From Nemertoderma westbladi (Eukaryota > Animalia > Xenacoelomorpha), in NCBI GenBank assembly GCA_032718475.1, contig JAUCBJ010007607.1, positions 62,001 to 126,000 on the forward strand: DNA of 64,000 bases. Direction: 5' to 3'. Positions 50,215-59,300 of this stretch are shown here, piece by piece (positions within the stretch are counted from its first letter, which is position 1; each line of letters starts with the position of its first letter). The notes beneath the pieces are model-generated. The model worked only from the letters and a program-made list of their open reading frames with translations, had not been told where the DNA came from and searched no databases. A program made the position numbers and the translations under genes.

Positions 50215-50789
50215 TGTAATATGCCTATTCATATTTGTACACATAAAACCCTTAGGTACTCTCGTGGCGTAGTGGTCAGATGGTTAAGGCGTTGGTTACA
50301 TTACGTAGGTTACGAGTTCGAATCCCAGTCGGGAAATTTGTATTTTGGGGCCATTTATTTTCGTGTGGTGCTAATTGGTAGGCCAATGAGAAGCGTACAA
50401 CGTAGCGAATAATGAGCCAGGCCAATCATAGGGCATAAATTACCTTATTGCTCAAATGTGAGGCAGTGGAAAATTCTGTTAGGATTCCATGTCCCAGATT
50501 AGTGTAAGGGCCGGACTGCGTTGAACGATGAGCTGGGCCAATCATAGAGCACGAAGCACTTCATTGCTCAATGGTGAAGCTGTGGAAAATTCTGTTTAGT
50601 TTCCATGTGCAATTTCTAGTATAAAAAGGCCGGTTTGCCTTCGGTTATCACCTTATAACACACACTCTTACTGTCGTTATTGCTACCCCTTCGATTCCTA
50701 AATTGTTATTAGTTTATTTCGGTTTCTTGTTGAAACTTTATTTGATAAATCCTTTTGTAAAACTGTAAATATACTGCAATTTCCTGACA
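50215..50789 (+). repeat. probable 5' LTR of BEL element 2
   Basis: TGTAAT...CCTGACA followed by PBS-like TGGTCCGAC; TATAAAA at ~50620; ~117-bp CCAAT-containing duplication at 50411-50640. No 3' LTR is in the window, so the start is inferred. Confidence 0.6.
50255..50332 (+). promoter_or_regulatory. tRNA-derived sequence with Pol III A and B boxes
   Basis: TGGCGTAGTGG / GATGGTTAAGGCG and GAGTTCGAATCCC; cloverleaf incomplete. Confidence 0.6.
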
Positions 50790-53351
50790 TGTTTTCTTTT
50801 GGTCCGACTTCGGGACAGCCGAACATCAGGGAGATGGCAGCCTAGATCGTTAGGCCGTAAGCAACGCAGGGAAGGGATGTCCACAACACGCTAGCGCCCA
50901 CATTGGATTGACCGCGCACCCCCTTTGCCCCTTCGAAATACTCCACTTGCTATGCAGCGCCCGCTTTGTGAGAAGGTAAGACTTTGTTCGACGCCCTTGC
51001 CCGCCGTAAGACCTATAGATCAGGGTAAGCGTGACATCGTACTGGACGCCGCAAATTTAGGATCAAATAATTATATCCAGACACCCCCCCCCCCCCCCTT
51101 CTTGTCAGTCCTACGAACCCCTGGGTTAACCTGTACTTCCTACAGGTGCGAACTATTGCCATTCGTCAGTACGCGAGTACATATTAGGTACGGACAGCAT
51201 ATGTTCCATAATTTAGTGATTCGTAGCACTGACTGTTTGGTACCGGTTCGCTTTGTAGAACGTACATTAGTACCCCCCCCCCCCCCCCCCCTGTCTGGAG
51301 TTAGCTATTTGATCAGGCAAGGAGCATTTCTGCTACCGGCACACTGCTTGGCCTAGGGAGGTTTATTAATATCCTACCGCGCCTTGCCACGTACTGATAG
51401 GTATTGCTGCTAACTACCGCAGCAACAAAGTTCTAGAATTAAATTAGTATACCAGATCAGCTAACGTACGGTAGCGATTAACCCCTATTCTTATCTTACA
51501 ACCAGAATCTGGTATTAGTGCCGATCACGGGTGTAGTTACTAACACTGTGGTTGCCCATTGGGTTGTGGATAGGAAGGAGAGAGCTTTGACGTCATTCGT
51601 GAGTATAAAGTTCTACAAACGCGACTAGTTTATTTTAGTAGCTAGCGCACGGTATCATTTTAGTCAGAAAATCACTAAAACCTAGTAAAAGGAATTACCC
51701 GAAATTGTTTTATTTGTAACACACCCACACACACACGCCCTAAAACATATTGCCCTTAAAGTTCTACTAGCTATAGCGTACTATACATTACTTTAGGTGG
51801 AAATTATCTGTATTTGTAAAATTAGGATCTGATTTAGTTGCGGCACAATAAGGAGTATTTCACTTTCGTTATTAAACTGTTGTTTGTCTGGACAACGGTA
51901 TTGTTACATTTAGGCCTGACCCTTTAGACTGATTTCGTACAGGGGGATCAGTTATTGTTACATTTAGGTACGACCCCTTTTCGACTGATTTAGGACTGTC
52001 AGTGTTGTTACGCTAGGTCTGTTAACCCACTAGCTCGTATATAAACCATATAAATCACACCGCGGCAAGTTACTGTATTTAGGACTGTCAGTGATAGTTA
52101 GGATTCGCTGCGCGGGGATTGTTTTCCCGTGAGTTTGGTCTGTTACTGTAACTGTACATCTGCCTCACCGGTTAGAGGACAGGTATCCTTCTGTCTAGTA
52201 CGTAGGCATTAGACCCGCTCACGTACATAGAATAGATACAAGGCTCTGTTCCTCGCCAGTAGTCGTTTGTGTACTATATCTGTTTGTTTAGATATCCTGG
52301 ACTGGGATTTGTTGTCAGATACTGTACAAGCCCGTATACATTACTAGAGTCTCATAGTAAGATACATCGTTACTAGGATCTGGTAAGCGGTATACTACTG
52401 GACCCTTACAGTAGGAAGTATATTATACAAATTCTGAAATTAGTGTATAGTACTTCTATCGTAGCGTATAGTATAATTTAGAATTGTTAGCTATTGAAAG
52501 TAGGAGATATTTAAAAATTAAGGTTAGTAAATTTAGTAATTTAGAACGTCCCCTGCTTCAGTAGGCTTTTAGGGTAGCTAGTACTTTCGTATTTAATATT
52601 TGACTAGCTAACAGTTAGTTTGTAGCACTTTGTTTTACGCCGTGTGTGTGCGGTGTTACTTTTCGGTACTTGAAAAGGTACATAGGGTTTAAAGACCAAT
52701 TTGTATCGGTACCTAGGAAGATTTTCGTAAGCGTAGAAGTAAAACTCTCACCTTCGACCTTTTCAGGACTCAAGGACTCATTTCTGGACCGCTTCGAGGA
52801 TTAGACCGCTTTTCGCAAAGTTTGGGAGACAATAAATTCGTCCGCGCCGCCGAAAAACGGAAAGACCCACGTCCGGTTTGTATTTGGGAATTTGTACGAC
52901 TGGAAGATCAAAGGAACGTAAGTTTTACGACTCGCGTCGTTCAAACTTAAGAAAGCACAGTAGTACTCAAAATTTGTGGGTTTCACTGTCTATTTAGTAG
53001 TGTTGTTGGTACTTATTTTCCCGTTAGACGTTGCTGTTTGGCCTATTGTTTATACTTGTTGATCTACATTTTGTTAACGTATACCGTTATCTCACTTATT
53101 CGTACAAATTTAGCCGGTAGGCTAGATTACTACTTATTTTATTATATACCTTGTTAGTTTATTTGTACCGGTTAGGGTATATATATGATATATATATATA
53201 TCAAGGTAAGTTTGACATTTGTACATTTCGACATTTTGACATTTCGACATTCTGACTTGTTGATTTATTTGTACCGGTTAGGTAAGTTTGACACTTCAAC
53301 ATTCAGACACTTTGACATTTTATTACCCGTACTTGACGTATATAATAAGAC

Positions 53352-56300
53352 ATGAGTGACACACCCCATTCGACGAGATACCCACCTACCGACTATGACT
53401 CGTGCGACCCGGACAGATCGACAGTAGACGAACCGAGAAGGAGAACCCGAGATTCCACCGATGTCACACCGCTTGCGTCGCCGGTACCCCGAACGGAAAT
53501 ACCGGAAGCCGCAACGCGTGGCGACGGCAGAATCGAAGATTTCCTTACCGTCCCGCAGACTAGATCACGGGAACCGGACATGGTAAGTTCGACTGGAAGC
53601 CAGGAGAACGTTATTAGAAGTATAGGAGGACACATGGCCCAGATTACTCGGAACCTCGGAGAAGGTTTTCGCGTTTTACGCGAGTTAACCGCCCCGATGT
53701 CGAGATACGAGTTCTACACCTTACAGGTAAGGATAGAAAGTAGGGTACATGCCTCCGTAGATAAACTTAAAGGTTTGCACGAACTTGCAGAGTTGCGTGG
53801 CGACAACTTTACTCAGGTAAAGATAGTAGATAAATTGGTAAGTGCGAGAGAAAGCCTTATCCAGTTTAAGTCGGTGATAAGATTGGCTCAACAGGAGCAG
53901 TTCGACCAACTGCTAGGTGAGTCAGTTTCGGACGCGTTGTTACAACCCGAAGAGGAAGAAGAACTCTACTGCCTGGACGGAAGGTTGGAAACGCTGACCA
54001 ATTTTCTTCGTAGATGCGGCGTACCGATCGACGAACCGGAAGTCGAACCGCGAGGGACGACGGAAGTTCTCACTACGGAAGGCTCGCGAGCCTACCAACA
54101 TCCACCACGGGATAGATCGTTCGTTAGCGTACGGAGCGACGTTGGCAACGTTGGCGACGTTAGTAGAACAGCGTCTGGAATTACTCGACAACAACAGGAG
54201 GTTGCACGCCGACAACAAGTCGCCGAGGAAGAAGCGCGACACCAGATGGCACAGATTGCCATCGAAGGAGAGAAACAACGTAGAGAAGACGAGGCAAGAA
54301 TTGCACAACTCAAGGCGCAAGCTGAATTCGAAGCATCAGAAATGCGTAGACTGGAGGAGGACTTAGCGCGAGAAGCAGCAGCCGACGAGTTAGCACGGCA
54401 GAAGGCAGCATCCGACGCTCGTGCCAAGTTGGAGGCGCGGCAAATAAACGCTCGATTAGCTATACAGGAAGCGGAATTAGCGGCACAACAACAGGACGCA
54501 GATCGACGCGAAAGGGAGATGCAACTACAGTTCGAATTGAATCGTAGATCGCGCGAGACAGCGAACGCGCAAGCGGACCTCGAACTCGACGCGAGAGATA
54601 GATCTATGAGATCGCGGACTGGACACGACTTGTCTGCCCTGGATCGTATGGAAGCTCGATATCGCGGAATACAAAAGCGGATCGAGGAAGGAAGCGTGGG
54701 AGCGATAGATCGAGGAGAGGAGTTCGTCGCGGATTACTGTAAACGTTTTCCCCAAGTTATTCCTATGCTCAAACCCACGACTCCGATAAAACCGGTCTTT
54801 GTTACGAAACCTAAGGAAATAACGCCTGTGCGTTCGACGCAAGGCAACAGGTTTGTTGTGACGGAATTACCGCAACCTAGGGCGACTTCATCGCCAATTT
54901 TAGCAGGTAACATAACTAGTCCACCTACAGTAAGTCGTAGTCTACTTGTAGGAAGAGAGGAACCTGCGTTTATGACCATTAAACAGGTGAGTAAACCATT
55001 ACAAGTTAAACCTGTGACGTGCTGTGCAAATCCAGTTATTTACAGACCGACTACGAAACCCGACTATTTCACTCGACCGTTGACACAATGTTCGACGCAA
55101 CCTACGACTTCGTGGAAGGCTTGCGAGCCTACCGAACTACGGAGGAGGATGGATGTGGGTAGTACCCACGGGATCGGACAACGTATAGCGAGACCTACGA
55201 CTTCGTGGAAGGCTTGCGAGCCTAACGAACTACGGAGGAGGATGGATGTGGGTAGTACCCACGGGATCGGACAACGTATAGCGAGACCTACGACTTCGTG
55301 GAAGGCTTGCGAGCCTACCGAACAACGGAGAGCCGTAGATTCCGGACCACAACGGACGAGACCCAGAATAATACGTCGGACACGAACCCGCCAACCACCT
55401 TATCCGGACGACAGCGATTCATCCAGCGACTCGGAGTCGACGGAACGGGAAGTATTCCGTACTGGAGCGGCGGAAGATTGCAAACGAGAGGAAAGATCAA
55501 CGAACCCCTATATCGACAATCCACCACGAGAAACACCCCAACAGAAACCCACGTTGAAACCAGCGGAAACGATCAGCGCTAAACAGTTCACCGAGATGAC
55601 GGACAGAATAGCTCAACTCGAAGAACGACTCGAAGCGCAACCGTCGGATCGATCACGGACCAGCGTGGAGTTGGAACAACCTAGACAACATCGACCACCG
55701 AGGAGAGAACAGGAGACTAGACGGACTCCGACACATCGAGAGGAAGATCCCGTTAATAATTCCTACCGACGAACAACGCGCGGAAGGGAGCGACTGGACG
55801 ACGCCACCGAACAGGGACGCGGACAGTTGGATTTAGTTAGCGAGATTGCGAAATTCGCGGCTAGACACGGATTACCGGCACAGCAACCGCCGAAGTTCTC
55901 TGGCAACGCGAAACACTGGCGCACACTGGTAGACTACGTAGAGTCCCAGATCGCTAAGTATGCTTTCACCTCGACGGAGAAGTTTAACTACTTGCTCCAA
56001 GTCCTGTCTGGTGAGCCGAAACGATTAGCGGAAACCTTTATTGGTGTTCCCGATGCCTTTGAGTTGGCGTACGACCGTTTATATTCGATTTACGGAGGTA
56101 ACGTCGCCATGGCTAAATCCATCATTGAAGACCTCTGCAGAGGAGGCAACATTTCGAGACCGATCGACCTTTTACGACTCGCGGACGAAATAAAGAACGC
56201 TATAGGGACTTTACGGTCCATTGGACAACTCGAGTACGCTAACGCACCGACGGTTCTCATTCGAATAATCGGTCGACTTCATCATCGACTACGACGAGAA

Positions 56301-59300
56301 TGGCGACGCATCGAGTACCAACGCGAAGAGGCCGGAGGGTTATTAAAACTCACCGATGTCTATCAACTTATTTCACGGGAGGCCGTGATCGAGACTCGAT
56401 CGAACTATACCGATCACCATATCGCGGCGGAAGGGATAGCTGTTTCTGCGCCGAATCGGACTAAACCATTTCCGACGAACGCGAAAGCCGTTACTTACGC
56501 CACCCCTACTGAGACTTCTAAAGTTCTGACGCCTATCGGCACCACGCAGCCACGACAACAGTTGCCGGCGGACTTTGTGGGATGCTCATACTGCGAGCGG
56601 AACGGCAGAAACCATAGCGGACATAAACTACGTGGATGTCGCGCTTTTAAAGAGTTAGGGATCGAGGAGAGGAGACTCCAAATCCGATCTCTAGATTCCT
56701 GTTGGAGATGTATGAAGATAGGACACGTCCGGAAGGATTGCCCGAGCGACGATACATGTTCTTTGTGTGGACGTAACCATGACGCGTTGCTTCACACGAC
56801 CAGTCATACTCCGACCAGACGCTTTCGACAAGAGCATCCCGATAAAGCGGCTAGATGCGACGCGCTTTATAAGGAGCGTGCGCCGCGCGAGATCCGTACC
56901 TTTTATACCGACTGTATGGATCAGTCAGGATCATCGGACGAGGACGAGGAGGAAGACGACACTTTCTACGTGCATGCAGGTGAGGAACAGCCTTCGATAA
57001 CGCTCCTCACACAGAACCAACTGAAAGGGTTTAGCGTGATTCCTATAAAGATTACCGGAACCCGAGGGAGCAAGCGTATATACGCCATCTTAGACTCTGC
57101 GTCATCGCATAGTTATGTCGACGAACAAGTAGCCGACGTAGTTACGGACTTGAGTCAAGGTAAGACTGCTCAGTATACTGTAAGCAGCATGCATGGTAAG
57201 AGAGCGATTCCTGTGACAAGAGTAAAACTAACTTTAGACACTCTTCTTTCCAAAGCGGAACACAGCAAGGAGGAGCGCTCATTACTTCCGGTAAGAAATT
57301 TGACCTTTGCAGCTACGAAGGACTTTAGTAACTTGCTCGGCCCTGTGCCAGAGCAATCACCGGAAGATCGTAAGTATTTCCGACACCTTGGAATACCGGA
57401 ATGTCCTGTCAATTATTGTTCTATTGCGATGTTAATTGGGACAGACCAGTTTAACTTACATCAGGTATGGGAGACACGCCCATCTGTTATTACAGCAGGC
57501 AACCCCTACGCATGTAGAACTCCCATAGGTTGGTATACTAGAGCACCAATACGTTCACTAGAGGTAAGTGACCAGGAGGACGACGTTTTGAGTACGTGTA
57601 GTTTATTGACTAACACGATAGATAATTCTCCTTCACACTCCTGTGGTCCAATTGTACGGACGGCACTACGACAGACTTGCGTCACTCACGCAGACGCCAC
57701 CGATACTGACGTAACCGATCTGGACACGACCATACGGACCTCTGACTTACAACTACTTGCAGTAGACCAGGTTGTATTGACTACTGAAGACCTGAGGGTT
57801 GTTGCTGTGGATGACTCGATGAACGAGGATTTTGGAAGGCTTGCGAGCCTACCGAAAAATCCAAAGGTCATTGACCCCACCCACCAGGCTTCGACACCGG
57901 TCGTTGATCTTGGAAGGCTTGCGAGCCTACCGATAGATCAAGAAGTTGTCAAACCGCCGCACGACGATTCGACGCCGACTAGTGACACCGGAAGGCTTGC
58001 GAGCCTACCAGACACATTGACACTAGCCACCGCAGCGGACGAAGACGTGGACGAGGACCATGGCGCAGTGCAAGCAGCGCTTGACCGACTGCTGACTGAA
58101 CGGACCATACAATGGTTGGAACAGGACTCAGCAGAACCCGGTAGTTACGAGACCGCTATGTCAGAACAGGAAAAACGGTCATTAAATATTATGAGAGATA
58201 CCATTCGCCAGACCGCGAATGGCCACTATGAGGTTGGTATGTTGTGGCGCGATGGACAACCTAAGCTCGTTAACAATTACCCGCTTGCTTTGAGGCGACT
58301 CAAATCAATAAGGCAGCGATTGTTGCGAGACGAGACGGCCCATATGCAATACAACGCACAACTTCAGACGTATCTCCAAAGGGGATACGCCATTAGGATG
58401 TTAAATCCTGAGGTAACTACAGACCAGACATATTACCTGCCACATCATTTTGTTCGACACCCGGACAAACCTGGCAAGGTGCGTGTAGTCAACGACTGCG
58501 CTGCACTTTACCAAGGGATGTCTATGAATAGCGAAATGATGGACGGGCCGAATATGAATAATTACCTCATGGGAGTCCTAATGCGTTTTAGACAACGCAA
58601 AGTGGCTTTCACCTGTGACGTAGAGGCCATGTTTCACCAGGTTAAGGCTTTGGAGCGGGACAGGGACAGTTTGAGGTTTCTTTGGTATCCGGACGGAAAC
58701 TTACAACTTCCGCCAGAAACTTACCAAATGCAGGTAAGAGTATTCGGAGCCAGGGACAGCCCCAACTGCACAACCGCATTAGACAGACGAGACCAATTTG
58801 ACCCAGAAGTAGTTCGGACCGTGGAACGAGACTTCTACGTGGATGACGGCCTCAAGAGTTGCGACACCTTGGAGCACGCTACAACCGTAGCACACCAACT
58901 CCAGGATTGTCTCGCTGAGGGCGGATTTCACCTGACGAAGTTCGCTTCCAACGAACCCGAACTGGTGAACTCATTTGACCCGACGGATCGTAGCGGAGGT
59001 GATTTAGACTTAGACCTAGAACCTCTGCCGACGACCAAAGTACTAGGACTTAGTTGGGACCCCAACACCGACAATTTTAGGGTACGTGTAAGGTCCAACG
59101 ACCAGACTAGACCTCTCACTAAGAGGACTTGCTTATCGACCATGAGTCGATTGTATGACCCATTGTGTTTCATTAGTCCAGTGATCCTGCATGCTAGGAT
59201 CATACTCCGCAGCATTTGGCAAGCCGGACTGGAATGGGACGATCCCATCCCAGAAAAGTTAGCTGAGCGATGGAGGGACTGGGAAGCCCAACTGACGTTC

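Noticed and set aside
50255-50332. Functional tRNA gene
   Set aside because: A and B boxes are present but acceptor and anticodon stems do not pair properly
57834-58009. CRISPR array call for the palindromic repeat with 58-nt spacers
   Set aside because: Only three repeats, inside an open retrotransposon ORF, and the spacers are related to each other; reported as an RNA-hairpin array instead
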